Program-made: the position numbers and the translations under genes
NCBI GenBank assembly: GCA_049840735.1
Contig: JASGJN010000022.1
Coordinates: 864,001-928,000, forward strand
Direction: 5' to 3'
Source: Anaeromyxobacter sp.
Lineage (GTDB): Bacteria > Myxococcota > Myxococcia > Myxococcales > Anaeromyxobacteraceae
DNA: 64,000 nt
In this document: positions 30,129 to 42,429 of the stretch, one piece after another
Numbering within the stretch: position 1 is the stretch's first letter
How the letters are laid out: the number at the start of each line of letters is the position of its first letter
The notes under the pieces: generated by a model
Told to the model about the DNA's origin: nothing
What the model saw: only the letters and a program-made list of their open reading frames with translations
The model's database searches: none

Positions 30129-31034
30129 TCACTTGAAGGACACCGTGACGTCGGCACTTCCGGAGCTCTGGTAGCCCTCGATGACCAAGGAAACCTCGTA
30201 GAAGGTGCCCATGGTCAAGCCGAACTTCTTCCAAGCTTCGAAGTGGGGACCAACGGTGATGGTGCCGCTGGTTCGCTTCTCCTTGCGGACGCTCCAGTAC
30301 TGATAAAAGGTCTTGTTGCCTTCAATCGACGGCTTGTTGTCTCGGAGGCTTTGATAGATGTCGTACGTTCCACCGTCGACGGTGACCGTGCCGAGCGAGT
30401 TGGTGCCTGGTGGACGCCAGTCTCCCCAGCTATCGACGATGTAGTACTCGATGAGCGGGTTTTGCGTCCAACCGTAGATGGCCAAGTAGGAGTTGCCGTT
30501 CGGCTTATAATCCGCGCTGTAGGTCACGATGGGTGAGGTCGAGCCGGGCCGCACCCCCTTGCGCGCGAGGTAGTTGCCGTTCGCCGTGGTCCAACTGGCA
30601 CGGAACCCCTTGGCGGTGTTCGTCATGCACGAGTTGGAGGCATCGGTCCAAATCTCGTAGGTGAGGCCGCAGTGCTTGCCGACCTTGTTGCTGTTTCCGG
30701 AGGCACAGGCTTGAAGATCGGCTTCGGCACAGGTGCTTACGGAGCCGCCGGTCGCGCTGGCTCCGCCGGTACTCGGTGTTCCTCCTTGCGCTACCCCAGT
30801 GCCGGCTCCGCCCGTCGCGCGACCGCCGGTGGCAACGATGCCAGTACCGGCTCCGCCCGTCGCGCGACCGCCGGTCGCAACGACAGTGCCAGCTCCGCCG
30901 GTATTGTTACCGGTCGAGAGTGTGACGCCGCCGGTCCCGGTGGTGCCCGGTTCGAGGCTTGTGCTGGAATCGCCACTGTCGCAGGCGAGTGCGATGAGCA
31001 GGGTCATTGGGACGGTGAGGGCAAGAATGCGCAT
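30129..31034 (-). CDS. endo-1,4-beta-xylanase, GH11, lipoprotein
   Basis: Lipobox ALAC; NSYLAIYGWTQNPLIEYYIVDSWG, PSIEG, QYWSVR, IEGYQSSG (both catalytic Glu). Confidence 0.93.
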   Translation of the reverse strand: MRILALTVPMTLLIALACDSGDSSTSLEPGTTGTGGVTLSTGNNTGGAGTVVATGGRATGGAGTGIVATGGRATGGAGTGVAQGGTPSTGGASATGGSVSTCAEADLQACASGNSNKVGKHCGLTYEIWTDASNSCMTNTAKGFRASWTTANGNYLARKGVRPGSTSPIVTYSADYKPNGNSYLAIYGWTQNPLIEYYIVDSWGDWRPPGTNSLGTVTVDGGTYDIYQSLRDNKPSIEGNKTFYQYWSVRKEKRTSGTITVGPHFEAWKKFGLTMGTFYEVSLVIEGYQSSGSADVTVSFK

Positions 31035-31346
31035 GCTGTACCTTGCGCCCTTATGCCCAGAAGTCGACCGTCTGATCACGAGTGGCGTGTCATCCGCTGC
31101 GCCGATCTTGCTCACCTTCCCACATCCGCTCGGCCTGCCCGCGGTTGACAAAGAACGTTCAGGCGCAATGCCGAAGCGTTGCGCCTGAATTCACGGCAAA
31201 TGGACTGCGAGCGGTGACCTGCGCTGGCCTGTGGGCAAAGAACGGTCACCATCGCACGCTCGGTTCCGAGCGTGGTGGGTGTGCGCCACTTGGGCTGGAA
31301 AGGCGACGAGCTCGCCGATCGTGCAGCGGGAGCGACGGCGACGGAT

Positions 31347-32489
31347 TTACTTGAAGGACACGGTCACGTCGGCGGTTCCGGAGCTCTGGTAGCCCTCGAT
31401 GACCAAGGAGACCTCGTAGAAGGTGCCCATGGTCAAGCCGAACTTCTTCCAAGCTTCGAAGTGGGGAGCCACGGTGATGGTGCCGCTGGTGCGCTTCTCC
31501 CTGCGGACGCTCCAATACTGATAGAAGGTCTTGTTGCCTTCGATGGAGGGCTTGTTGTCGCGCAGACTCTGATAAATGTCGTACGTTCCGCCGTCGACCG
31601 TCACCGTGCCGAGCGCGTTGGTGCCTGGTGGACGCCAGGTGCCCCAGCTATCGACGATGTAATACTCGATGAGCGGGTTCTGCGTCCAACCGTAGATGGC
31701 CAAGTACGAATTGCCGTTCGGTTGGTAATTCGCGCTATAGGTCACGACGGGTGAGGTCGAACCGGGGCGCACGCCCTTGCGCGCGAGGTAGTTGCCGTTC
31801 GCCGTGGTCCAGCTGGCACGGAAGCCGTAGGCGGTGTTCGTCATGCACGAGTTGGAGGCATCGGTCCAAATCTCGTAGGTGAGGCCGCAGTGCTTGCCGA
31901 CCTTGTTGCTGTTTCCAGAGGCGCAGGCTTCCAGGTTCGCCTCGGCACAGGTGCTCACGGAGCCGCCAGTGCCGGAGGATCCACCCTTCGCAGATGAACC
32001 GCCGGCGCTCGAGGTTCCACCCTTGGCGACGGAGCCGCCGGCGCTCGAGGTTCCACCCTTGGCGACGGAGCCGCCGGTGCTCGAGGTTCCACCCTTGGCG
32101 ACGGAGCCGCCGGTGCTCGAGGTTCCACCCTTGGCGACGGAGCCGCCGGTGCTCGAGGTTCCACCCTTGGCGACGGAGCCGCCGGCGCTCGAGGTTCCAC
32201 CCTTGGCGACGGAGCCGCCAGTCGCAACGGAGCCGCCAGTCGCAACGGAGCCGCCAGTCGCAACGGAGCCGCCAGTCGAGCTCTTGCCTCCAGCGGTAAT
32301 GCTTCCGCCCATCGTTACGCCCGAGGCTCCACCGACGCCGACGGGACTTCCGCCCACCGTCACCGCGCCGCCAACCCCGGCGATCATGCCACCACTGCCC
32401 TGAATGGGGCCCGTCGGATCATCCGATCCATCGCAGCCAATGATTCCAAGTGCAATTAGGGCAAAAGTATGCGGTATCTTTGTACGCAC
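31347..32489 (-). CDS. endo-1,4-beta-xylanase, GH11, lipoprotein (paralogue with longer linker)
   Basis: GTG start with GGAGGT RBS; lipobox IIGC; 36-bp repeat linker; catalytic domain nearly identical to the neighbour. Confidence 0.93.
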   Translation of the reverse strand: MRTKIPHTFALIALGIIGCDGSDDPTGPIQGSGGMIAGVGGAVTVGGSPVGVGGASGVTMGGSITAGGKSSTGGSVATGGSVATGGSVATGGSVAKGGTSSAGGSVAKGGTSSTGGSVAKGGTSSTGGSVAKGGTSSTGGSVAKGGTSSAGGSVAKGGTSSAGGSSAKGGSSGTGGSVSTCAEANLEACASGNSNKVGKHCGLTYEIWTDASNSCMTNTAYGFRASWTTANGNYLARKGVRPGSTSPVVTYSANYQPNGNSYLAIYGWTQNPLIEYYIVDSWGTWRPPGTNALGTVTVDGGTYDIYQSLRDNKPSIEGNKTFYQYWSVRREKRTSGTITVAPHFEAWKKFGLTMGTFYEVSLVIEGYQSSGTADVTVSFK

Positions 32490-33111
32490 AGGTACCTCCG
32501 ACTGAAGACTGAAACGTGATTCCCGCAACCAAGTGATTTGATCACCCCGCGCTTGCAGAAATTTATCGCATTTCTGCGTGCTATTTCGTCATTCGTGACG
32601 TGTCGCTCGTCGGGAGATCGCTCGGCGACGAACCCGAGCGCAGCAGCGGTCCTGCTTGTCTCGCGGTCAAGCTCGTCCGCCAACGATCTTACCAAACATC
32701 GGATGCGATGCTCCGTGTAGAGGCGCGGGAGCGCGACGGTCGCGCCGCCAACGGTCGTGCACGTCGAATCTGGCCGGGACGAGGCGCTGCGTCGTCGCTC
32801 GAACTTCCGTGCGTGGCGGAGTCGCACCGAATCGCGTGACCGGACGCCGCGCAGGTCCACGTGAGCGCGTGAGGTGCTTTCTCGACTCTCGATGGTCGTT
32901 TCCGGAGTTTCGAGGCTGCCCGCCGTGGATTTTTTGTTTTGCCGTCGTGGCAACGGTCAGGTCCGTTTGCACGACGTAAAATCCAAACGAATACGACACG
33001 CGGTTTCGGTGCGATGCCTCGCGAGCCCAAAGTGGAGCTCCAGAGTTCGGCGAGCCGCTTCCCCAAACGGATTCGTATCTTTGCTATTGGGAGCGTGTGC
33101 TTCGCATCGTT

Positions 33112-34185
33112 TCAACCGCGACCGTCTTCGCCTTCGGACGAATCTCGTAGACAGAGCCGACCCTTGGCGGCATCCAGTCGCGCGATTCCGAGATAAACGT
33201 AATCCGTGCCGTCAGTGGCGAGCACGAAGGCCGTTTCGGCGGGATGAAAGATCAAGTCGAGCTTTGGAAGGAGACCGCGAATTGGCTTTTGTCCAACGGG
33301 GAGCACCACGAACAGGTGACCGCCGATACGTGACACAAGTGAGCTCGGCTGGTTATCGAGTCCGAATACCGTGGAGAATTGTGTGCGAGCGAAGCGCGCG
33401 TGGCACTCGGGAGCCAAGGATTCAGGCGTAATCACCGTGCGCAGTGTCGCCAAGATAACGTCGTCTTCGCCGATCGGAACGGGCTTGATCCGAGGTTCGT
33501 CAGACGAAAATTGGAGCTTACGACCGACACGTTGGACGCGCTTCAAGTGAAGACTCTCGTCGCCGTAGCGATCCTTGCGAGCCAGAAGGACGATCTTGCC
33601 TTCGACAGCGGCTGGCCCCAAACGCTGACGCTTGAAGACGAGCCAATCGCCATCGCGGATCGAAGACCGAAAGCCTTGCATCGAATCACCGGACGCGCGC
33701 GCGGCAAAGTCAGTGGCCGCATTGAATCGACCAGGGAGCTGCACCGTCTCGACGATTGCATCCTGCTTTGCCCGCTTCGTCGTGGCCCAACCCGCTGCTA
33801 CCTGGAGTGAGGGAAATGCCGTTACGGGGTGCAACGTCGCTGGAGCCCGCAGGGGCAGACGCACGGATTGGCGCAGCTGCGAGAGCGAACGCCGTCGATC
33901 GTCTTCTGGAAGATGTCTCGTCAGCTCGGCGAGACGATCGCGCTCGCTCTGTTCCGGGAGCACCAACAGATCGAACAACTGTAACTCGAGGCGCTCCGCG
34001 ATCTTTTCCAATGTGACGAGAGAGGGGAGAGCGTACCCATTTTCGATGTCGCTCATGAAGCCCTTCGACCCCACATCACTCTCATAAGCGAGTTTTTCCG
34101 AAGTGATTCCCTGTTCAGAGCGCAAACGTTTGATGCGCTGACCGATGGCCTGGGCCAACGGAATTGGGGTAGGTCGACGCGGCAT
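33112..34185 (-). CDS. XRE HTH plus S24 peptidase (CI/LexA-like) regulator with extra C-terminal domain
   Basis: IGQRIKRLR...SDIENG...PSLVTLEKIA; VAAG cleavage site, GDSM Ser, LKR Lys. Confidence 0.8.
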   Translation of the reverse strand: MPRRPTPIPLAQAIGQRIKRLRSEQGITSEKLAYESDVGSKGFMSDIENGYALPSLVTLEKIAERLELQLFDLLVLPEQSERDRLAELTRHLPEDDRRRSLSQLRQSVRLPLRAPATLHPVTAFPSLQVAAGWATTKRAKQDAIVETVQLPGRFNAATDFAARASGDSMQGFRSSIRDGDWLVFKRQRLGPAAVEGKIVLLARKDRYGDESLHLKRVQRVGRKLQFSSDEPRIKPVPIGEDDVILATLRTVITPESLAPECHARFARTQFSTVFGLDNQPSSLVSRIGGHLFVVLPVGQKPIRGLLPKLDLIFHPAETAFVLATDGTDYVYLGIARLDAAKGRLCLRDSSEGEDGRG

Positions 34186-34221
34186 GGGCGAAGGACCGTA
34201 GATCCAGCTGCCTTTCGCTAA

Positions 34222-34238
34222 GTTCGTCCTGGACGAAC
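34222..34238. promoter_or_regulatory. candidate repressor operator (17-bp palindrome)
   Basis: GTTCGTCC-T-GGACGAAC in the 80-bp divergent gap next to the CI/LexA-like gene. Confidence 0.55.
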
Positions 34239-34265
34239 GTCGCCGCGTCGTGCTTTCATAAGAAG

Positions 34266-34980
34266 GTGATTGCACGACCACATTTGCGGCTGAATCAGGG
34301 GCAATGGAACCTGTGGCGTTTGTCGGACGAGGAATTCACGAAGCTCACCCACACCGCACTCCGTCTAGCCCCAAACTATGCGTTGGTCTTACGCCTGAAT
34401 CGTCATCGCTCGGTGTATGGTCGACGTTTGGAGTTGGGTGAGGCGCTCGTCGTTCTCGAGCGACGTTTCGGCAAGAGCTCGACGGCGTACGATGGGTTTC
34501 GAGGATCGTTCTGCTTTCCTCTCCTGCTCACCTGCGAACGCGTACCGCGACGCAGTTACCTGGTGCGCGTACACGACTGCCGAGGAACGATCTACTTTCC
34601 ACTGTTTCGCGTCGTAGACCGTGAGCCGACCGCAGCGCAGCGTTCGCGATTTCACAGCCCTTGGGCGAAGGAGTTTCCCCAATCGGGAGATCGACGCCTT
34701 CATCACCGCGTTCTTCGAGTACTTGCTACTCGTCGCGGAAACGCTCGGCGATGACGTCGTCTCGCCATTCTATCGAGCCGTAGAGAGTGACATGCTCCTT
34801 TACGGCCGTGACGGCGAGGGGCGGTTTTTCGAAGACGCGTACGATACCGTGGAAGCCTTCGGCGTCGCGCGCGCGGATCTCGAATCTCGGTTTGGAAGCA
34901 TGCACGGTGGAGATTGGGTCGTTCGCGAGCGCATTATGGCGAACTACGTCGCAGAGCCCCGAAAGGCAGTGTCGCCCTGA
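34266..34980 (+). CDS. hypothetical protein, one frameshift ~34680
   Basis: ORFs 34266-34754 and 34621-34980 join (PWAKEFP/NREIDAFI) by removing one C of a C4 run; globular aromatic-rich sequence. Confidence 0.6.
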
Positions 34981-35032
34981 TATCGAGCACATCACCACCT
35001 GGACTTCGCGCGAGCGCCGGAGCCGGCTCGTC

Positions 35033-36473
35033 CTAGAGACAGGCGTCGCTTTGATCGGCACTATCGACGACCCAGAGGAAGTAATTTTGCCCGTTCTGGA
35101 CCCAGTAGCCCTCCCAGACTCCAGAACCCGATGACGTCACGTTGCCCTCGGCTTGGAGCCATCCGACTGGGTGGCAGCCGGAGCAGTCTGTAAATACAAT
35201 CGTTACTTCCTGGTCGATAGCAGGGCGTCGCATCGCATCCCTTCGTCGTGATATCGCCAGCAATTCGCACTCGCATCCCCTCGACACCGTCGGTAAGCGC
35301 TTGGTTGTTGCGGAAGTAAGGGTTCTGGTACGCCGTAGATAGGCTGCCCCAAGAATACGTGCATTTGACGAGTTCTGCGTTGTTCAGGTTGTTCTTGAAA
35401 ACGCCCGTCACGGTTACGGTCCACCCGGCAGCACGGGTGAGGCTGAGCGAGACTGCGGGACGCGTCATGATTGCGGAATTGAGCGCCGGATCACCAACGA
35501 GATCCGTAGCCGTTTCGATGCTCGAGGTGTATTTGAGCTCCGTTTCGCGGATGAACAACATCTGATTTCCAGAGACTTCGATCATTCCGGAAAGTCGCAC
35601 GCCAGTCGACACCGTGACCAAGGAATCGACCGGAACCTTGCCCTCGCGGATCGCGTGAATCGTCGTGCTCAAGGCACCAACCGTCCAACTCCGCGAGAGC
35701 TCCGGTCCCGCGACGTTCGCTGAATTGTAGGCTCGCACCGTGAAGCTGTGGGTTCCCGCGCCGAGATTCGGCATGGTGAGCCCGCTCGTGCAATCGGCAT
35801 AGCTTCCGCTGTCGGGCTTGCACTCGTATCGGGTTGCGCCCGAGGGACTCGAGCCGAAGGTGAAGCTGGCCGTGGTAAGTGACGTGGTTGCGCCGTTCGC
35901 CACGGATGCACTCGTCACGACGACGCTCATGAGTGGAGCCGTGGTCGTCGCGGTGGTCGTGCCTCCCTGGCCCGTAGTGCCGCCGGAATTCGTAGTGCCA
36001 CCGACATTGGTCGAGCCGCCGCGTGTGGTGGTGCTGCCGCCGACATTGCTCGTACCGCCGGAACTCGTGCTGCCGCCGGTCGTCCCAGCGCCGCCAAGAC
36101 CTGCGCTTCCGCCGAGTGCACCCTGTCCACCTTGCGCCGTGGTTCCAGCCGTTCCTCCGGCGGGCAGCGTGTCCGTCGTCGACTGAGTGCCGCCATTGCT
36201 CGATGGATTCGAGTTGAAGCTTCCACCCTGCCCACCCACCGAAGACGCATCGGTGGTCGTTCCACCTTGCGGAGCGCTCGTCGCGCTGCTCGGTGTCGAG
36301 CCGCCCTGGGCACCGCCTTTTCCTGCCGAGGTTTTTCCGCCGTCGCCGCCGTCTTCGGCCTTCATCAACTGATCCATCGGGCGGTCTTTGGTCGCGCACC
36401 CCGGCAACGCCAGAGCAAGCAAGCCGAGTGCAACGATGGCGCAGGATCGAGACGACGTGTTCTGCTGGCTCAT
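35033..36473 (-). CDS. secreted lipoprotein with Gly linker, Ig-like and OB-fold-like domains; probable frameshift ~35200
   Basis: Lipobox LPGC; ASFTF...YECKPD...C...GTHSFTVRA Ig-like module; TTIHAIREG OB-like start; alternative frame 35033-35287 gives a plausible C-terminus. Confidence 0.6.
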
Positions 36474-36654
36474 ACCGGGAAGCTCCAACTGCGTAGGGTA
36501 TCATGCCCCCGCGCCATTGACGCGGGAAACGTCGACGGTGCTTGGTATTTCGAGCTCAGCCCCGGGGTCAATATCAACATTTCACCTGAAATTGCCCCAC
36601 GTCATGTGCCCACATGGAGATTGTCGCGGTCTGCGCTAGCTTCCGCCGTCCCTC

Positions 36655-38835
36655 ATGCCCGCTCCCGGTTTGTTTTCCTATCGGCCCTTCTGGGCCAAGC
36701 GTTTCGGGATCGCTCCGTTTCTGCCGCGAAGCCGCGCCGAAATGGACGAGCTTGGTTGGGACGCGTGCGACATCGTGCTCGTCACCGGGGACGCCTACAT
36801 CGATCACCCGAGCTTCGGTATGGCGTTGATTGGTCGCGTTCTCGAGGATCAGGGCTTCCGAGTCGGGATCATCGACCAGCCCGATTATCGAAGTGCGGAG
36901 GCTTTTGCATGTCTCGGTGAACCCACGCTCTACTTCGGCGTGACCGCGGGCAACATGGACTCTCTCGTGAATCATTACACGAGTGACAAGAAGCCCCGCA
37001 GTGACGACGCTTATACTCCGGGGGGCGTTGCCGGATTGAGGCCCGATCGCGCGAGCTTGATTTACACGCAGCGCTGTCGTGAGGCCTTCCCGAACACCCC
37101 TGTCATTCTCGGCGGGATCGAGGCGAGCCTTCGACGTCTTGCCCATTACGATTATTGGTCCGACAAGGTGCGTCGCTCGCTGCTCGTCGATTCCGGCGCC
37201 GATCTCCTGGTGTACGGCAACGCCGAGCGCGCCATCGTCGAGCTCTCCCATCGTCTCGCGCGGGGCGAGGCCGTCCGCGAGATCCTCGACGTGCGGGGTA
37301 CGGTCGTGCGTCGTCCGACGGGCGAAGCGGGGCCCCTCGACGTTCCCGAAGGGACGTTCATCGTCGAGCATTCCGAGAGCTTGGACGAACCCGGGCGAGT
37401 CGAGCCGATTGCGAATCCCTATGGTGACGAGAGCGCGTCGTCTTCCTGTTCGACGAGCGTGGAAGCCCTACCGTCGCGAGAGCAACTCGTCGAGCTGCGC
37501 CGCAAACGCGCGCAGCATCCGCGAGAAAAGACCGTCATTCGGATGCCGTCCTGGGACACATTGCGAAAAAACAAGGTCTTGTACGCTCACGCCTCCCGCG
37601 TATTTCACCTGGAGAGCAATCCCAAGAACGCGCGCTGTCTCGTGCAGCGCAATGGTGACACCGACGTGTGGGTCAATCCTCCCCCGCTACCGCTATCGAC
37701 GGAGGAGATGGACCACATCTACGATTTGCCCTACCAGAAGCGTCCCCACCCGACGCATCAAGGGAACAAGATCCCAGCCTTCGAGATGATCCGGTTTTCC
37801 GTGACCATCCTGCGAGGTTGCTTCGGCGGATGCTCCTTCTGTTCGATTACCGAGCACGAGGGACGCATCATCCAGAGTCGTTCGGAAGGTTCCATCCTGC
37901 GCGAGCTCGGACAAATGCGCGAGCTCGACGGCTTCACCGGCGCCGTCAGCGACTTGGGCGGCCCCACGGCGAACATGTATCGAATGGCGTGCAAGAGCCG
38001 CGAGATCGAGTCGAAGTGTCGGAAGCCTTCCTGCGTCTATCCGAAGCTCTGCGACAATCTCAACCGCGATCACGGCCCACTGATTCAGCTCTATCGTAAA
38101 GCGCGTGCCGTGCCCGGGATCAAGAAGATCGCCATCGCCTCTGGGCTTCGTTACGATCTTGCCGTCGAGAGCCCGGAATACATCAAGGAGCTCGTCACCC
38201 ATCACGTTGGCGGTTACCTGAAGATCGCTCCCGAACACATCGAGGAGGGTCCGCTCTCGAAGATGATGAAACCCGGGATCGGCACCTACGAGCGCTTCAA
38301 GGAGCTATTCGACCGCTACTCCCGCCAAGCCGGCAAAGAGCAATATCTCATTCCGTATTTCATCGCGGCCCATCCCGGGACCACGACGAAGGACATGGTA
38401 GCCCTCGCGCAATGGCTGAAGGCGAACGGTTATCGCGCCGATCAGGTGCAGGCCTTTTTGCCGTCACCCATGTCCTATTCGACGGCCATGTACTACTCGG
38501 GGAAGAACCCGCTGCACCCCGTCAAACGCGGCGAGGGCGACGTCTTTACGGCGAAGTCGGCAGAGGACCGCGCGCTCCAGAAGGCGTTCCTTCGTTACCA
38601 CGATGCGAAACACTGGCCGCTGCTTCGTTCGGCTTTGGCGCGAATGGGGCGGGCCGATTTAATCGGATCGGGACCGCAGCGGCTCGTTCCGCGCGACAAT
38701 GGATACTCGCGGACCCAAGGTGGTCCACAGCCATCCCCTGGGACTTCGCGCTTCGCGACGCAACACACCGGGCTGCCCGATTTCGTTGCGAAGGCGCCAC
38801 GTGCGCCGCGGGGGCGCGGTTCGAAGGCTAGGTGA
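36655..38835 (+). CDS. ygiQ: YgiQ (UPF0313) family radical SAM protein
   Basis: [51 protein letters not shown]. Confidence 0.93.
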   Translation: MPAPGLFSYRPFWAKRFGIAPFLPRSRAEMDELGWDACDIVLVTGDAYIDHPSFGMALIGRVLEDQGFRVGIIDQPDYRSAEAFACLGEPTLYFGVTAGNMDSLVNHYTSDKKPRSDDAYTPGGVAGLRPDRASLIYTQRCREAFPNTPVILGGIEASLRRLAHYDYWSDKVRRSLLVDSGADLLVYGNAERAIVELSHRLARGEAVREILDVRGTVVRRPTGEAGPLDVPEGTFIVEHSESLDEPGRVEPIANPYGDESASSSCSTSVEALPSREQLVELRRKRAQHPREKTVIRMPSWDTLRKNKVLYAHASRVFHLESNPKNARCLVQRNGDTDVWVNPPPLPLSTEEMDHIYDLPYQKRPHPTHQGNKIPAFEMIRFSVTILRGCFGGCSFCSITEHEGRIIQSRSEGSILRELGQMRELDGFTGAVSDLGGPTANMYRMACKSREIESKCRKPSCVYPKLCDNLNRDHGPLIQLYRKARAVPGIKKIAIASGLRYDLAVESPEYIKELVTHHVGGYLKIAPEHIEEGPLSKMMKPGIGTYERFKELFDRYSRQAGKEQYLIPYFIAAHPGTTTKDMVALAQWLKANGYRADQVQAFLPSPMSYSTAMYYSGKNPLHPVKRGEGDVFTAKSAEDRALQKAFLRYHDAKHWPLLRSALARMGRADLIGSGPQRLVPRDNGYSRTQGGPQPSPGTSRFATQHTGLPDFVAKAPRAPRGRGSKAR

Positions 38836-39484
38836 AGCGCAGGGGCTCCGTCACGCCAATCTCGGCGCCGAGCTGCTGTAGGTACTGTCGTAGGAAAGCG
38901 ACGCGCTCCTCGGCCAGCAAACGCGCCGTTTGCGTCGTCAAGCGCTCGGGGATTTTGAGCAGCTTTTTGAAGAAGTGATCGATCCCGAACTCCTTGTCGT
39001 TCGGCTCTCGACGATGGGCAAAGGGGTCCTCGGGGCAGTGAAATGGACGCTTCATGGACGCACAGGTGGCAAAACAGCGAGCAATGCCGATGGCTCCAAT
39101 GGCGTCCAATCGGTCTGCGTCTTGAAGGATCTGCGCTTCGAGGGTGCTGGCAGTCTTTCCAGCGGAGAAAGCGTGGACGCGGATGCACTCCGTCACGCTG
39201 TCGCGAAAGTCGGCCGCGAAGCCCTCCGCGTCGAGGAGCGCGAAGGCCGCTTGCGCACAGAGCTCGCCCGAACGATGGGACTCGGGATGATTCTTCGGCA
39301 AGTTGACGAGCTCGTGGAGGAGCGCTGCGACGTGACAAATGTCGTGGTTGGCCCCCTCCGCCCTGGCCAGAATGGCTGCGTTTTTGACGACGCGAAGGAC
39401 GTGCGTGAAGTCATGTGCCGGCTCTGCGTCGACGAGCACGCGTTCCGCGTGAGCGCGCAGGGATTGGAACGGATCGATGGTCAT
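38828..39484 (-). CDS. HD-domain phosphohydrolase (YedJ-like)
   Basis: [42 protein letters not shown]. Confidence 0.88.
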   Translation of the reverse strand: MTIDPFQSLRAHAERVLVDAEPAHDFTHVLRVVKNAAILARAEGANHDICHVAALLHELVNLPKNHPESHRSGELCAQAAFALLDAEGFAADFRDSVTECIRVHAFSAGKTASTLEAQILQDADRLDAIGAIGIARCFATCASMKRPFHCPEDPFAHRREPNDKEFGIDHFFKKLLKIPERLTTQTARLLAEERVAFLRQYLQQLGAEIGVTEPLRFT

Positions 39485-39615
39485 GCCGGGTCAAGCATTA
39501 CGGGGATCGCGAAAAAGGAAACCCGAAAGTGCGCTTCGGAGGCGTCCGCCCGGCGAATGTAGCGCCGATCTGCGGTATGCTGTCCCTTGGACCACTCCCG
39601 GGGAGCCCATCGAAC

Positions 39616-42248
39616 ATGTTGACGGTGATTCGATTCCTTGTCTCTTTGCTGCTGCGACTCAGGTATCGCATCGTGCTGCGCGGCTTCGATGTTCTCGCGC
39701 CGCAGGACGACCGCGGCATCTTGTTTTTACCGAATCACCCGGCCCTCATCGATCCGATCATCTTGCTCAGCATCGTGACTCGCCGCTTTCCAGTGGGCGT
39801 ACTCGCCGATCAGTCTCAGCTCGATCGCCCCGTCATTCGCCAACTCGCGCGCTACCTTCCCGTCAAGGCGATCCGCGATCCCGGCCGTGATCGCGACGCC
39901 AAGACCCAAATCGAAAAGCTCCTGCGCGAGATCATCGACGGCCTCTCCCAAGGCCAATCGTTTCTTCTCTATCCCGCGGGACGCATCTACCGAGGGAAGG
40001 AAGAGCATCTCGGCAGCAATAGCGCGGTCGAGACGGTCCTTGCCGCTTGTCCTCGGGTGCGCGTCGTGCTCGTGCGCACCACGGGGCTTTGGGGAAGCGC
40101 GTTCAGTCGCGCATCGGGCGAAGCGCCGAAGGTGGGCAACGCGTTGCGGCGCGGTATTCTCGGACTACTTCAGAGCTTTTTGTTTTTCGCGCCGCGGCGG
40201 ACGGTCACGGTGACCTTCGCGGAGCCCGAGGATTTGCCGAGAAACGCTGAACGACACGAGCTCAATCGCTATCTCGAGCGCTTCTACAACCAAGAGGTCA
40301 AGGGGAACACTTACGTGCCCTACGGCATTTGGGAGCGGGGCGGGCAGCGCAAGCTCCCGGAGCCCGAGGGCGCGCGAGGGACCCTGCGACAGGTGAGCGT
40401 TCCGAAAACGACGCGCGCGCTCATCGAGGCGCATCTTCGCGAGGTCACGGGCGTGCGCGAGATCCGCGACGACCTGCGCTTGGCCCAGGATCTCGGTCTC
40501 GATAGCCTGGCGCGCGTCGAGCTCCAGGCCTTCATCGAGGCGGAGTTCGGTTTCCCCCAGAGCGACGGGGATTCCCTCGAGACCGTCGCCGATGTACTGC
40601 TCGCGGCGTCGGGTGAGGGCAACGTGGGGCTGCGCGACGAGCTCAAGCCAATTCCCGCTCGGTGGTTCGAATCACGCACGAAGGACCGATTGGCGATCGG
40701 AGACGAGCCGACGGTGACGGAGGCATTCATCCATGCCGCATTGCGAAGACCGTGCTCCGTCGTGGTTGCCGATCAAAACGGCGGTGCGCGTCGCTATCGC
40801 GATCTCTTGACGGGGCTCTTCGTGTTGGTTCCGGAGCTCGAGCGGATCCCTGGCAAGTACATCGGGATCATGCTTCCCGCCTCCGTCGGGGCGACCCTTG
40901 CGTATCTCGCGACGCTCTTTGCCGGAAAAACACCGGTGATGCTCAACTTCACGACGGGCCCACGAGGGATCACCCATGCCGTCGAGCACCTCGGGATCGA
41001 ACGGATCCTCACGGCGCGATTGCTGCTTTCGCGGTTGGATTCGGAGGGGTTCAACGGCGCGAAGGACCTTGCGTCCAAGTGGTATTTCTTGGAGGATCTC
41101 GCTCCCTCGATCTCCCTTCCGCGTAAGCTTTTCGCCGCCTTCCGGGCCCGGTTCTTCCCGCGGTCACTCGTGCGAGCGAAGCCGCCTCAGATCGCCGTTG
41201 TGCTCTTCACGAGCGGCTCGGAGAATCTCCCGAAGGCCGTGCCCTTGACGCACGCGAACCTGCTAACGAACCTGCGGGACGTCCTCACCAACATCGTCAT
41301 ATGCGACGATGACGCGCTCCTTGCGATGCTCCCGCCGTTTCACTCCTTCGGTCTGACCATCGACATGGTTTTGCCTCTGATTACGGGACTCCGCGTCGTG
41401 TTTCACAGCAATCCCCTCGAGTCCGCGAAGCTCGCGGCCATCATCGAGAAGTATCGGGCGAGCGTGCTCGTCGGCACGCCGACGTTTCTCTCAGGGATCG
41501 TCGGCGCGGCTCGCCCCGGGCAGCTCGGGGCGCTAAGACTTGCCGTTACGGGCGCGGAGCCCTGTCCTCCACGAGTTTATGACGCGCTCGCGGAGCGTTG
41601 TCCGGGCGTCGTCGTCATCGAGGGATACGGCATCACGGAGTGTTCGCCCGTCGTCAGCGCCAACGTCCCGGGGCGCGAGCGGCGAGGCACCATTGGAGAA
41701 GTGTTGCCCTCCGTCGAGTCGATCATCGTCGATCCGGATTCGCTCGAGCCTGTGCCAGATGGCAGCCGCGGTCTTCTACTCGTGCGGGGGCCGAGCGTTT
41801 TCGGAGGGTACTTGGGGGAAGGCGCCGAAAGCCCCTTCCTCGAGACGCAGGGCAAGCTCTGGTACCGCACTGGGGATCTGGTGAAACGCGAAGAGGGGTT
41901 CCTCACGTTCTTGGGCCGCATGAAACGATTCGTGAAGGTTGGCGGCGAGATGATCTCGCTGCCTGCCATCGAAGCGGTGCTGCAACAGGCGTATCCCCAG
42001 GGAGCGGAAGAGGGCCCGAACCTCGCCGTAGATGTGCCCCCGGGGATCACCCGGAACTCGTGCTCTTTACGACCTTCGCCGCGGATCGCGAAATCGTCAA
42101 TCGGCAGCTGCGGCAAGCCGGGCTTTCGCCGCTACACAACGTGCGACGGATCCAACGAGTGGAGACGATCCCCATGCTCGGTACGGGGAAGACGGACTAT
42201 CGCGCTCTCAAGGCGCAACTCGCCGAGGACACGGGCGCCGCGACGTGA
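39616..42248 (+). CDS. aas: Aas-like acyltransferase-ACP-acyl-AMP ligase fusion; frameshift ~42040
   Basis: NHPALID and YPAG (PlsC), DLGLDSL (ACP), LFTSGSENLPK, EGYGITE, YRTGD; second frame supplies IPMLGTGKTDY. Confidence 0.82.
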
Positions 42249-42429
42249 GTTGGTGTGAAGCGCCAGTTCGAAGGCCCAGTCCGGTCTCGCGAGATCACGC
42301 GAGACCACTCGCAGAGCTCGCCAAGCTGGCGGGCCGTTGTCAGCTGGTGAGCATCGCTACCGGAGATGGTCCGCTTACGACTTGGTTAGCCGAATGCACC
42401 AAAATCGCATTTGGCGTTTGGTGTGTGGG

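Noticed and set aside
33112..34980. Prophage immunity region
   Set aside because: No integrase, cro-like, replication or structural phage genes nearby
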